DNA from: the human T2T-CHM13v2.0 reference genome, Homo sapiens
Reading direction: 5' to 3' (one strand)
Length of the DNA stretch: 64,000 nucleotides
Assembly: GCF_009914755.1 (NCBI RefSeq)
Contig: NC_060931.1
Below, piece by piece: positions 1-13,833 of this stretch; the first letter of the stretch is position 1, and every line of letters starts with the position of its first letter. The position numbers and the translations under genes are program-made. The notes under the pieces are model-generated. The model saw nothing but the letters and a program-made list of their open reading frames with translations. It was not told the DNA's origin and did not search any database.

Positions 1-935
1 TTTTTAAATGTTGGCAGCCCATTTAAACTTACAAACAAGGCCCTAAAAATTGAAAGTTCTATGTGGATTGAATTTACTGGAAGGCAGTCAAGTCTCCTAT
101 TTGGGTGGTAAATATAAATCTGTCTGCTGTTGTTTAGGATCTACATAGGCAAAAGGGCTGGGTAGTCTCATTTTTGTATAATGCAAACTGGGAATTATTG
201 AACTGTATACTCAGAATAGCACCTTCTCCTTAACTTCCACTTTTCCTAAGGTCCCTAATACACAAAATACACTTCCCTGCTGTATACCTACATTGGGTAG
301 AAGATCTGAGGGACTAATATAGACTCCCCCTCCCTTTTTTTTTTTTTTTAACTAACTTTTCATCAAGCCCCGTTTTTTGTGCCAATACTCACGCTGTCAC
401 AGTACCTGATGTGTCTGTTTCCATGTCTTTCCAAAGGCTCTCTGGGTCTGTCACTACACCCCTACTTCTTCAGCTGCATCCCAACTTAAAGGCAATTAGT
501 TATGACATCTTTTTCTTTGCTAAGTTATTTCTCATTTATTCTTCTGACTTATGTATTCTAATACCGTGGGTCACTTTTGCAAATTTATCCTACTTTCATT
601 GCAGATGAATTTTGTGGTTGTATTCCGTGACATCCTTGTTAATTTGTTAAGATTTTTTTTTCACAGATGAGGTGGGAAGCAGTATCTCTTTTCCATGACA
701 TTGAAACCAGAAGCTTGGACAGGAATTAAAAAATTTATTTTTCTATTTTTTATGAAGCATCTCTTGTCATTTTGGCATTCTTTCTTGTCAAATCATTGTG
801 AGGTGGGAATTCAAAAATTACTTCAAAATAAAGATACATTGTTAAAAATTAATATAGACAACTATAATTCTTAAAGAAATATCAAAGATGGTGGAGGATT
901 TAGGGCCTATTTTTAATTAATTTGAAATATATTTG

Positions 936-1114
936 AGGATAAAAATAACACTAATATAATCCTTTGGTTATATACCAAAGGATTATACCAAATATATACC
1001 CAAATATATATATTTGGGTATATATCAAATATAACCCAAAGAATAATATTAGTGTTATTTTTATCCTATATTAATAATTGTCTATATTAATTTTTAACAA
1101 CATATCTTTACTTT
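936..1114. repeat. Nested inverted repeats at the L1 5' junction
   Basis: Perfect 34-bp palindrome at 992-1025. 936-957 is the exact reverse complement of 1046-1067. 825-861 matches the reverse complement of 1078-1114 at 34/37. Confidence 0.92.
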
Positions 1115-1634
1115 ATAAATCATGCTGCTATAAAGACACATGCGTACATATGTTTATTGAGGCACTATTCACAATAGCAAAGACTTGGAACCAACCCAAA
1201 TGTCCAACAATGAGAGAGTGGATTAAGAAAACGTGGTACATATACACCATGGAATACTGTGCAGCCATAAAAAATGATGAGTTCATGTCCTTTGTAGGGA
1301 CATGGATGAAGCTGGAAACCATCATTCTCAGCAAACTATCACAAGGACAAAAAACCAAACACTGCCTTTTCTCACTCATAGGTGGGAATTGAACAATGAG
1401 AACACTTGGACACAGGAAGGGGAACATCACACACTGGGGCCTGTTTTGCGGTGGGGGTAGTGGGGAGGGATAGCATTAGGAGATATACCTAACGTAAATG
1501 ATGAGTTAATGGGTGCAGCACACCAACATGGCACATGTATACATATGTAACAAACCTGCATGTTGTGCACATGTATCCTAAAACTTAAAGTATAATAAAA
1601 ATATATATATAAAAAATTAAAACAAAACAAAAAA
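1113..1634 (+). mobile_element. L1PA (about L1PA4-5) 5'-truncated 3' end
   Basis: ORF2 C-terminus (YKSCCYKDTC...TWNQPKCP) followed by the L1 3' UTR with G-rich tract, AATAAA and A-rich tail. TSD-like 'cactaatat' at 949-957 and 1636-1644. Confidence 0.95.
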
Positions 1635-2603
1635 CCACTAATATCTTGAAATTACTGTATTTCTTCAGAGTCAAAGTAGGGAAATTATTTTTAAAATCCT
1701 AGATCTTTGCAAGAGATTTGAGCTACTAAGACACCAAAGAGATTTAACTATGTAGTGTACTACTAGAAGTTAACTTCATATAAGGAATCAGAGCATGTCT
1801 GACCAGATTTATGCTTTAAAATGGAATTTAAATGTATGTTGCAAAAGTTTTCATCAGTGGTGCAAAAAAGTAATAGAAATTTAAAGTTATTATATTCGTT
1901 TCTCTCTTTCCTTTTATAAACATCAGGATTCACAATTTTTTAAGAGAAATAAGATAGTTGATCATGACTATCTACCCATACATTGGAAAAACATGAGAAG
2001 CTTTGACTTAGACCTCATCAAAATTTTAACAGCATTCCAATACTTACCATCTTTCACATCTAACTCTTTCACATTAATATAACTTGTTCCAAGAATGTAG
2101 ACTATACTTTAATCCTTAATACATCATAAGGTACCATTTCCCAATATGTATTCTTCAGAATGCTCACATGGGAGACACACTTACAGTAAATGTTTCTGAG
2201 GTCAGTATTTTTAGAACTTTGACTCCAAATGACTTTTTATGATATTTGAAATGCTTATTCACATACTGCAAGTAGTGCTGATCCATGCCCTAACTTAATA
2301 CTCTTTCTCATCATGTTTTGTCAAACTTATCTGATCCAGAACTGTTGTTTATTATTTATTTCTAATATAACATCCAGACACTATTTATTTCAGCAAAGTT
2401 TCACAAATTTAGTTTTCTATTTTTCTATGGTTATTTTTTGTTCTATTTTTATTTGTTTTTTAAGTCAGAAATTCATAACCTAAATAAGATTTAACAGGAG
2501 TTAGCTAATCAAGACATTTGAGGTCTTAAAACTCTGTGAATAGTACATATAAGCCAAAATTATTCTACTTGTATAAATATAAAATGTGAGGAAAGAGTAA
2601 TAA

Positions 2604-2953
<350 letters not shown>

Positions 2954-4514
2954 TAAAATTGTTACTTCTTTCTTCTTATGCTATATGTTTTCAGAGCTTT
3001 AAAAAGACACATTTAAGTAAGTCAAAAGATAACCTCTCAGGTAAGATAGGAGGTTTTAAAATACAGCAATAGGTGCAAGATGTTGATTTTGTTGCTAAGA
3101 TCTTTTTTTTTTTTTTAATCTGTGGTTCTAATTTGTTTCATCCCTTTTGGTTCTCACTTGTTTTAACCGGTACTTCTGAAGCCTGTGGTTTGTCTCACTT
3201 CAATTAAATTCATAGGATTTATACTCCCTTCTTCATCACTGGTTTTAAGCAAGAGATTCCCATCACCTTACTCTCAGGAGAGGTCTCTAGGCTCAACTTC
3301 CAGGGTATTTTTTATGTAAGTAATGGAGTATTAATTCAGGAAAGAACTACATTGCATTATACATTATATTTCAGAAGTATTTAGGTGCCAAATAGGTACT
3401 TTCTAAAACTTGAAAAAAGTACGAAAGAACACAATAAGAATGCATTTAGTTACTCTCTATTAAAAACACGATACTCCTCTCCGTGTTCATGACTGCTTTC
3501 TTGTTGCTGACTTGGTTTCCAGGTACTAATTTACATACAGCAAAATCCAGGATACTTAATCCATTCCCCAGCTGAGTGCTTCTTGTACTTCATGATTTGA
3601 TTTAGCATTCTTGAGTCTGGACTCTATTCTGTAATAATCCTGATATGACGACTCAAGAAGGGTCTGGACTGCTTTTGACAGGCAAAGAAAATTCTACTGT
3701 AGTCAAATAAGACCACTTCTGCCGCAGCTCCTATTGACCATTGAAGTCTGACTGTCAGCTTGACTGCAAGTGGAAAACTGGAGCACTTACATTTCACAGA
3801 CTTTATTTGCACATGTTCCAGGCTTATTATTTTCAGGGCATATTTTGTTGGAGAGCTGAAATCACCTTTTTGAAGAGTTGAGAAGGAAATGAGAATAGAA
3901 AAGACTTTTTTTAAAGAGACAGAACATTGTCTTCAATCCTCCTCACTTCATATAAAAGAGCATTTAAATAAATCCTTGCTCTTATAAGCCACATTACCAA
4001 TAATTTTAGGCAGAAAAAATCAAAGTGGATATTATTGTAGCTTATTCAAACTAATTTATTTAAAATTGGCTAGAGATGTAGCTCCTACAAAGAACCCAGC
4101 ACTATATATAGCATCAATATTACTAAAAAGAATAAGAAGGATAGGTACTCAGGGATTATGGGTGAAGACAGACATGTAAATACATATGGCAAAAACTGTG
4201 ATTATTCTAATAATAGAATTATGTTTCACAAGTTGTGGTAGCAAAGGCTAAATGCACATAGAAGTTAAGTAGTGAGATAGAACTTGACATATAAACCCCA
4301 AATAGAGAATAATCATTAAATTAATTTATTGAGAATGCTGTGTGACAAATTATGACTTTGATTATTAAAGACTTTACCGATATTGCCTTATTTAAGCTTT
4401 CCCGGAAGTCTTCAAGATTGGTCTTGTGAAAGGAGAAAAAGTATATAAGAACAGAGAAATGAGAAGGACACAACATGTTTGAGAAAGAGATGAGTTGTTT
4501 TGTGTTTATAAAAT

Positions 4515-4701
4515 GAACATTACACACCGGGGCCTGTCAGGGGCTAAGGGGCTAGGGGAGGGATAGCATTAGGAGAAATACCTAATGTAGATGATGGGTT
4601 GATGGGTGCAGCAAACCAACATGGCACATGTATACCTGTGTAACAAACCTGCATGTTCTGTACATGTATCCCAGAACTTAAAGTATTTAAAAAAAAAAAA
4701 A
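4515..4701 (+). mobile_element. L1PA (about L1PA7-8) short 3' UTR fragment with poly-A
   Basis: 'ggagggatagcattaggagaaatacctaatgtagatgatgggttgatgggtgcagcaaacc...aacttaaagtat' followed by an A tail. Confidence 0.92.
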
Positions 4702-4949
4702 GTTGTGTTTTGAATTGAGAAGGAACCACTTGGGCCCAGATAGTAAAAGTATTTTAATTTATTGTTGTGTTTTGTTCTATTGTTTTATTTTAAACTGGAA
4801 GTAATGCAATGTTATCAAATTGTTATAAGTAAGAGAGTAACATAATTAGATTTATTTTTAATAATTTTAAAATCATTACAGAATAATCTAGTTAACCCAT
4901 GAGATGAGCAAAAGTGAAAGAAAAAAACCACAGGAGAGTATCAATAATT

Positions 4950-5400
4950 AAGAAGGATGCAAAGCAAAAGTGGTTCACAAACACTGCTAGTAACAGCCAA
5001 TTTGGACAGCAGTGGGAATATCTAATTAAATGGGGAATGTATATACCTCCTGGCGCATTAGTTTCTCTTCTAAGTATATACCCTAGACTATATTTGACTT
5101 ATGTTCGCAAGGAGACATTTGAAAACATCCCTTGCAATGCTATTTGTAGTGGATGAATATTAGAAACAATCAAAATATGCCATTTACTGGGAAACAGAGA
5201 AGGAAAATGAGCTGTAAGTTGAAAAGCTGTTGAGAAACTAAAACCTTCCATAGGTAAACAAATATATATCTCAAACTCATAACATTGAGTGAAAAATCAG
5301 GAAGTGCCAAGCAATATTTTTATTTGTATTAAAAACTACATAAAAAGAAAAAGTGTATAGCAAACTCAAAACAACTTTTGCCCCAGAGAAACAGAAAGGG
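4950..5400 (+). mobile_element. Ancient L1ME-type 3' fragment
   Basis: Degenerate L1 3' motifs ('tctaagtatataccctaga', 'gcaatgctatttgtagtg', 'aacattgagtgaaaaa'). Confidence 0.6.
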
Positions 5401-5599
5401 AATGGAACTTGGCATAATAATGAACACTTTAGTTAAGCTTCATGTGAAAATATGACCCATGTGTAATTTTTTTTTAATTAATGCATTTTTATGTCTTGAA
5501 ATCTAAAAATAACTAATCATGGGAATGGAAAACCTTGGTGATTATCCTAATAATCTTTTAGTTTTTATATATTGAAGAAACGTTAACCACAATAGAATT

Positions 5600-6280
<681 letters not shown>

Positions 6281-7519
6281 GAGAAAAACAACTACAAATA
6301 TGTTTGCTTGTTTTTAAAAACAGAATTGACATATATTCAGTAGGTAAGCAGACTGCTGAAGAAAATAGTCTACTATGTCGGTTGCTGCAAAAGATCAAAT
6401 AAAAAGATGAATGAAAAAGTCACTGAATGTGACAAAAGATTGCTGGTGAAAGCACAGGCAGAAAAGAGATGACAATGAGTGGGTAAAATCTTGAGAAAAT
6501 AAATGAAATTATTTATATCATTGTTATAACATAATTTAGTAAAAATCATTTGTATAGCATACATAATTGAATGGGGATGATCTGGCTAAAAGCAATTTTT
6601 AACTGTGAATTGAAATTTAGTAAGGTGATTCAGTTTTTGCCAATATAAGAAAAGAGCCTCTTCCGAAATCCCCAAATCCCATCAGAAAATAGTTTTCATT
6701 AGTAGTTTGTAATGAACTAATCTGCAAAATCCTCTGAATACTTTGTAAAGTTTGTCTTTAATCACTAAATGTAAACTAAACAACAAATGAACATATTTGG
6801 CCATATTATTAATTATCTTAATGTTTAATTATGATATCCAATTAACTATTTTGGCTGAAAGACATCACTGACAAACATGAGAAGTTAATAGTGCAATATA
6901 TTTATTTATATAGACTGGTAAATCTTGTAAGGTAGATTTTATCTGATTTGCATTTTCTAGAACTGAAAATCACATTTATTGAAGAGTATAGATGCTCTAA
7001 TATGAACTTTACACCTTTTTCACTCTTCTAAGTTGAATTATGGGAAATACCTATTCAAAGTTAATTAGTTTCATGTCATTTAAGAAGTTAAGTTATATTA
7101 TTTCTACCTGCTATTTTAAAATCAAACATTTTAAGAGGTGGTAATGAAATTAAATATTAAGGAAACAGTAAGATCTGGAAAAAAAACAAACCATTTGAAC
7201 AAATAGGGAAGGTATATATTACTAATTGCTGGCTTTAACCTGAGGATATTTTCAACTTTTTCTTTTCTGAAAGAAATTCCCTATGACATATACTGATCAA
7301 GTTTTCAACAATTCCAAAAGGAATTTCTCTGTCTTCAAATTCTGTAAACTTTCATCATCATATGACACTGCTCATGTTGCCACTTTGTAAAAAATGTCTT
7401 TATTAGTATTGTTTCCGTGTCTTAATTTGTTTCTTATCCCTCTGCCTTTTGCTACTTAAAAAACATTTTTATTAAATTTGATAAATAATAAAACGAATGT
7501 ATTTAAGTGTACGATTTAA

Positions 7520-7563
7520 TGTGTGCATGTGTGTGCCTGTGTGTGTGCATGTGTGTGTGTGTG
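7520..7563. repeat. Imperfect (TG)n microsatellite
   Basis: Read directly. Confidence 0.85.
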
Positions 7564-7609
7564 TTAATGTGGAATTAAATAATTTGTGCCCAGAGGGTTA
7601 GCAGTTGTG

Positions 7610-7790
7610 GTTTTCAAAATATGTGGATAAATATTTACATGATTCTCCCTACAAGAAGAGAATCTTAAATTCATTATCCTCAGTGTAGGCTGAGATAGCT
7701 TCGAAATAATAAAATGTGGTAGAAGTGATGGCATGTTACTTTCCAGAATCATTTATAAAAAGACTGAGCTACACCTTTGGTTTCTTCTGT
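7610..7790 (+). mobile_element. MLT1-family (ERVL-MaLR) LTR 5' fragment
   Basis: Starts 'tgtgg'; 'aaaatgtggtagaagtgatggcatgttactttcc...ataaaaag' resembles MLT1F/G/H. Confidence 0.6.
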
Positions 7791-7849
7791 TTCTTTCTAG
7801 AGATTTTTGTTTCTCTAGACAAATTTAATTCTAGATAAATTGTAGATAA

Positions 7850-8420
7850 TTTTATCAGGTTGAGGAAGTTATTTTCTATGTTTGCTGACAGTTTTTTTTA
7901 TAAAATTAGAAATGAATTTTAAACATTGTCAAATAATTTTATTCATTTTTGAGATGATTCTGTGGTTAGTCCTCTGTAGTCTAATATAGGAAAAGATATT
8001 GACTGATTTTTCAATGTTTGAATAATGGAATTCCTGGAAGATATTCCATTTAGTAATGTGGGTTATCCTTTCTATATGTATTTCTATTTGCTTTGCTAAA
8101 ATTTTGTTATATAAATGTTGGTCAGTAATTACATTTCTTTGTAATATCTTTTAGGATTTCTGTTTGTTTTATTGTTGTACTGATTTTGATATTGGGGTAA
8201 CACTAGCCTTGTAGAATTCGTTGGGAAGTATTTTCTCCTTTTCAATTTTCTGGAAGGGATTGTGTGGAACAGATGTTATATCCTCCTTAAGTGCTTGCTA
8301 GAATTCACCAGTGAGGACATCTGGTCCTTAAGTTTTATTTATTCTGGGATGTTTTACATTTAATATAATTTGTTATTATATATGCAACTATTCAGGTTAC
8401 CTATTTCTTTCTTCCTTTAT
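7850..8420 (-). mobile_element. Old L1M ORF2 fragment
   Basis: 'tagaattcgttgggaagtattttctcc...ttttctggaag' and 'tagaattcaccagtgaggacatctgg' are typical L1 ORF2 antisense sequence. Confidence 0.8.
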
Positions 8421-8723
8421 TCTCCTTCTCCTCTTTTTGTTAGCCAAACTAAAATCCTTATTTGGAATTCATGTGACCATCAATTTCCTTTGTTCTGTTC
8501 CAGTAGCAGTCCAGAGTATTATTTGCCACATCTGCTTAATCTCCTCCAATCTCTGCCAGTTTCTTAGTCTTTCCTTGTTTCACAGGACCTTGACACTTCT
8601 AAACAGTACTGCTCAGGCATTTTGTAGAATGCTCCACAGTGTGAGTTTACCTGATGTTTTTTCATGAATAGATTGAGGCTATGGATTTTGGAGAAAAATA
8701 TCATAAAGGTACAGTGCCTTTCT

Positions 8724-8809
8724 CATCACATCATGACATCACATCACGACATCACATCACATCACATCACATCACATCACATCACATCACATCACATCAC
8801 CTCACATCA
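8724..8809. repeat. (CATCA)n pentanucleotide microsatellite
   Basis: About 17 units with a few interruptions. Confidence 0.95.
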
Positions 8810-9032
8810 AATTGTACAGGCATCAAAATGACATTGCTAGTGGTATTAACCCCTGACCACTTGGGTTAAAGTGGTATCTGCCTGTTTTATCTACTGTGAA
8901 GTTAAGCATCTTTATTTTTCTATACTTTATTTGTTAGAAGTGACTCATTAAGTCTAATCACATACTCAAGAGGTTGTGAATTAAAGTCTCCTTCCTGGGA
9001 AGAGGAACATCAAGAAATATGTGGATATATAT

Positions 9033-9338
<306 letters not shown>

Positions 9339-9429
9339 AAGAAATATGTGGATATATGTGAACCACCATAGTAATTAACATATAGAAGAAATTCCACCCT
9401 GTTTAATAAAGGAATGAGAAATATCCCTG

Positions 9430-9906
9430 CCCCTCTGTGAATCTTAGAATTTATTTCAACCAATCCTTTTGGAGAGTTCTGTGCTGGCCTCAAGTCATTT
9501 TTTCACATTCATGTACTGGGCATTTAGCTGAAGACTCAAGGCTGACACCCTGCGGTTCCATGGTCCTTGCATTCTGTGAAGTCCTCTCCCATCCAGTTCT
9601 CCGCCCCGTGAACTCCAGCCTCCTTTCCCCCGGCCCTGAAATCTCAGCTCCATTGCAGTGCACAGGACTCTTCCTGAGTTTCTTCTCCCTGCACTATGGC
9701 CTGTAAATTATCTCCAGGAAATAGCCTGGGCAGTAAAGGGGCTTACCTTATTTATTTTCTACATCTCAAGCATCACTATCCTTCATTGCCTGGTGTCTGA
9801 CATAGTGAAAACCATTATTTCATGTATTTTTTTCTGATTTTTATTTTTTCCCGATCGAGTGGATAATTCTGTCTCTGTTACTACATCTTAGTTAGAAACA
9901 AAAGTC
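9430..9906 (-). mobile_element. Old L1M 5'-end fragment
   Basis: Ends in 'gtctctgttactacatcttagttagaaacaaaagtc', resembling the antisense start of L1MD/ME 5' ends. Confidence 0.6.
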
Positions 9907-10134
9907 TTTGCCCCACTTTTATTTCTTTCATTGCCTATCTAATTCATAAAATCAGAAAGCCTATATCCTTTACCTACAGTTGACAGATTGTTTAATAGCC
10001 AAAGTAGATTTCACCCTTCTTGAATTGATCTCTTTTCTTGATTTTTTAATATCTGAGGAAATATTTATTAAGGTTAACATCTAGGAATCTCAAGTTTAAA
10101 AAATCCTAGGGCTGCCCCCTTTTTTTAAAAAAAA

Positions 10135-10290
10135 ATCTCTCTGAGCATCACTTTTTTATATTTAAAAATAATGGATAAATAAATAATACAGACATCACAG
10201 TTATGTTCTGAAGACTAAATCTGAAAAGCATTAAATGCAACTAGCACAGTGATTATTAGCACATAGTAGAAGTTAAATGGCCTACTATAA
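10135..10290 (+). mobile_element. MIR fragment
   Basis: 'ctctgagcatcac...taaaaataatggata...tagcacagtg...gcacatagta' MIR core-like. Confidence 0.55.
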
Positions 10291-11093
10291 TTTCCATCTT
10301 CGTGAGCAGCAATATTGCCTGAATTACCATCATCATTCCAAATATCTTTGTTCTTTATTGTAACTACTTTGTGTATTTTGCCTTCCTCCTTTCATTTAAA
10401 CAGGGTCTTCCCAAATTATCCTTCTATTTGTCTTATCTTTATAATCTTTATTCTTTTGTTGATATTTCGTTCCATTGTTTTAATCATGTCTGTGCTGTTG
10501 ATAATTGCCAACCTCGCTTCCAGCTATTATCTCTTCCCAGAGATCCTCTCCCATGACTGTGACTTTATTCTGCCTAACTTCAACTGTCTTTCACAGGTGA
10601 AATTCAACACGTTTCTCAACACCAGTGGCCCCACTCACCTCAAGCTGCTTTCTCTTACCATTTGTATACAATTCGCTTATTCTCCATTCTTTTATGTCCT
10701 ACAGATCAAAACACTAGGATTAACTATGATCATTTCTCTTTTTTCCTTAAATGTAATTCTTTATATTCATTACCACTACCCTATCCTATTTCACACTTAA
10801 TTTTACTTGATTAGAGAATTATAACACTCTTCAAATTAATTTAATAATCTCTATACACTTTATTCTTTTGACCATTTTGAAAACATTTTTTTCTTCCTAT
10901 ATGAGTGTCAAACAATATACCAAACTAAAAATAAATTTAAGTAAGGTGCTTGTATAAACTAAAATGATGGTCTCAAATTTAGGAGTTAGTGCCACTGAAT
11001 GATAGGATTATTTTTTAATCCACATAAAGACCTTTGAAAAATAAATGAGTTGGAAAGGTGGCTCACATGATTCATTCTGTATACTTTTCAAAA

Positions 11094-11597
11094 TGTGATG
11101 ATTGACTTTGTATGCCATCCCGACTGGGCTAAGAAATGCCCAGATAGTCTTTCTAGTTGTGTCTGTGAAGGTGTTTCTGAAAGACATTAGGATTTGAATC
11201 AGTACACTAAGTATAGAAGATCATTTTCATCCAAGTGAATTGACATCATCCAATCCAGTGAAGGTCAGAATAGAACAAAAATACAGAGAAAGGACAAATT
11301 CACTCTATTTCAGCTGTGACATCCATCTTCTTCTGCCCTCACACACCAGTGCTCCTGGTTCTTAGACTTTGTACTCAGGACTTACACCATTGCCACGCCT
11401 TGCCCTAGGTTCTCAGCCCTTCAGCTCAGCCTGAATTATGCTGCCAGGTTTCCTGGTTCTCCAGGTTGAAGACTGCAGACAATGGGACTTCTCGACTTCC
11501 ATAAATTCACGAGCCAATTTCTACAATAAATCCATACATCTAGATCTACATCTAAATAGATCCTATTGGTTCTGTTTCTCTGGAGAACCCTAATACA
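11094..11597 (+). mobile_element. MLT2B-type (ERVL) solo LTR
   Basis: TG...CA termini (tgtgatg...ggagaaccctaataca), AATAAA at ~11526, perfect 5-bp TSD CAAAA at 11089-11093/11598-11602. Confidence 0.92.
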
Positions 11598-11673
11598 CAA
11601 AATTAAACTTTCTTGCTCATATACTTACTAAAAAAACTTTCTGTTGCTGTCTTTCCTTTTAAGTGAAATCTAA

Positions 11674-11835
<162 letters not shown>

Positions 11836-13790
11836 TGACGTTCAGGTTATTTGCAATATGCCCATCATATTTTCAGCCTGCATATCCCAGTACTTCTTTA
11901 GGTACGTAAGCTATTTTCTTTCTAATAAACCGCTATTGCTCAAAACTTCTCCATACACTCCACACCTCCCCTTTTTGCTCGCTTCTTCTTTTATTTCCTT
12001 ATTTGAAGTATCCACCCCAAGTTTTTCCCTCTGAAATTTCTGCTTGTTAAACTCTATCACTCCCTCCATGAAGCTCTTCCTGGTATTTTATCCATATTAA
12101 TCTATTTTTTCTCTAATCTTCCTCACTGCATTTTTAAATGTCTTTTGTAGTATTTATGGCATTTTAACTTTTATTATCTGCATTATATGTATTCATTTTA
12201 TTTTATTTTATAATCAGTTTATGCTGGATTATAAACTCCTTGGGAGTGTTTGCTATTATTTATTAGCTACGTATTTTAAAACAAGCTATGTTGTACTTAA
12301 TGCACATGCAAATATTTATTGATTTACATTTGATTTTTAATGTCAGGTTTACAATATAATATTTTTTTCCAATATAAAAACTTACCTGAAAGTTCATTCC
12401 CATAAATATTTTGGTTTTGGCAATTATGCTGTGTGTAATATATAATGTGGATTTTTCCCCCAAAGTAAGGGTATTTTAAAATCACAATGAAGGCTCCAGT
12501 GCAAGTATCATTACTGACTTCCCTCAGATGTAGGAGTTGTGATAAGAGGTTTGCTACAAAAATTTCAACTTAAGCTGAACTGCCAGGAGGCAGAAGAAGA
12601 ACACAAGTTCTCTTCAAAGCTAAGAAGTGACTCAAATTTGTAATGCTTCTTAGAATTCATCTCTCTGTTAAAAATGCCCTGTTAAGCAACAAGTTTTATC
12701 CCATTAGCATATTAAATAATGAATACAACTCATGATTTGGTATGTGTTCAAATGTATACACAACTTGTGCACACACTGCAATTTTTTGAATCCCACAAAA
12801 TAAAATACAAACTTTACTTTTTGTTAATATACAATTTAATAAGAAACACTTTTCACAATTATTTATAAATAACACAATTACATAGCTATCATAGATATAA
12901 GGAATGTTCAAAAATACTTTAATAAATTAAATGTGAAGCTCTTCACATATATGTACAAATTTCCTTCAAGTTCCTATACAGCATCAATTTAACCATAAGC
13001 AAAATGTAATTCTTAGTTGCTCTTATTTATTTTTATGTTCTATATATAATCTATTAAATTTATTATTATTTGGTTTTTCTTCATGCCTTGGTCTGTTTCT
13101 AACAAAGATGTTATTTTGTAAGTCATGGGTACATATATGTTGATTTGAGTGTTTCTTGCAGGAAATCATCTGAGTACTTACACGATTGCTTGAGTGAGAA
13201 CACAAGATCCCATAAAAACAAAGAATGAATTCAGTGTATTTTCTTCAGTCAGCATCTCTCCTAAGATTAGATTTATGCAGTTCTATTTCCAGTTTAATAG
13301 CTATTTTGGTCATGAGAATGGACAGATACTGTGTCTTCATCAGTCCCCAATACGATTTATGTGATGAGACTTTGGTACAGGAATGTTAATGTTTTATATA
13401 TTTCTGACAGTAGTAATGTACCATTCTATTTTGACCTTTCCAATATGATACAGATCGATTATCTGGGTACTTTATTTCTTCCTTTGTCTACTACTGTAAA
13501 AGTCTATTAAGAAAAAGGGCAAAATCAATCAAAATTTCTAATGCGTTAGATAACAATCCCTCAGTTTTGTCGAGTTAAAGTAGACATAGTTTCACTGTTT
13601 AAATACATCCATAAATATGTTCCTGTCAGCATAAGCCTTCTATTATTTTTAATATAGTATATATATTTTTCTTCTGAATTATAATTTTATGTAATATCTA
13701 ATCTCATGCATTTCATTGCCAGCTACAAATTTCATAAACAGAAACAAAGAAAGAAATTCATGATGTTTAGCTTCTAGATTCTAGACATTC

Positions 13791-13792
<2 letters not shown>

Positions 13793-13830
<38 letters not shown>
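13793..13830. repeat. (GT)19 microsatellite
   Basis: Read directly; perfect repeat. Confidence 0.97.

Positions 13831-13833
<3 letters not shown>

Noticed and set aside
1078-1630. ORFs of 104, 100 and 67 aa
   Set aside because: Sense and antisense readings of the L1PA 3' end.
3608-3670. 10-bp inverted repeat (ttcttgagtc/gactcaagaa) plus a 9-bp direct repeat, possible RNA hairpin
   Set aside because: The stem is too short for a miRNA or snoRNA call and is expected by chance.
10315-10800. 161-aa hydrophobic ORF
   Set aside because: Starts at TTG in T-rich low-complexity DNA, which yields F/L/I/S-rich stop-poor frames. No recognisable domain or splice context.
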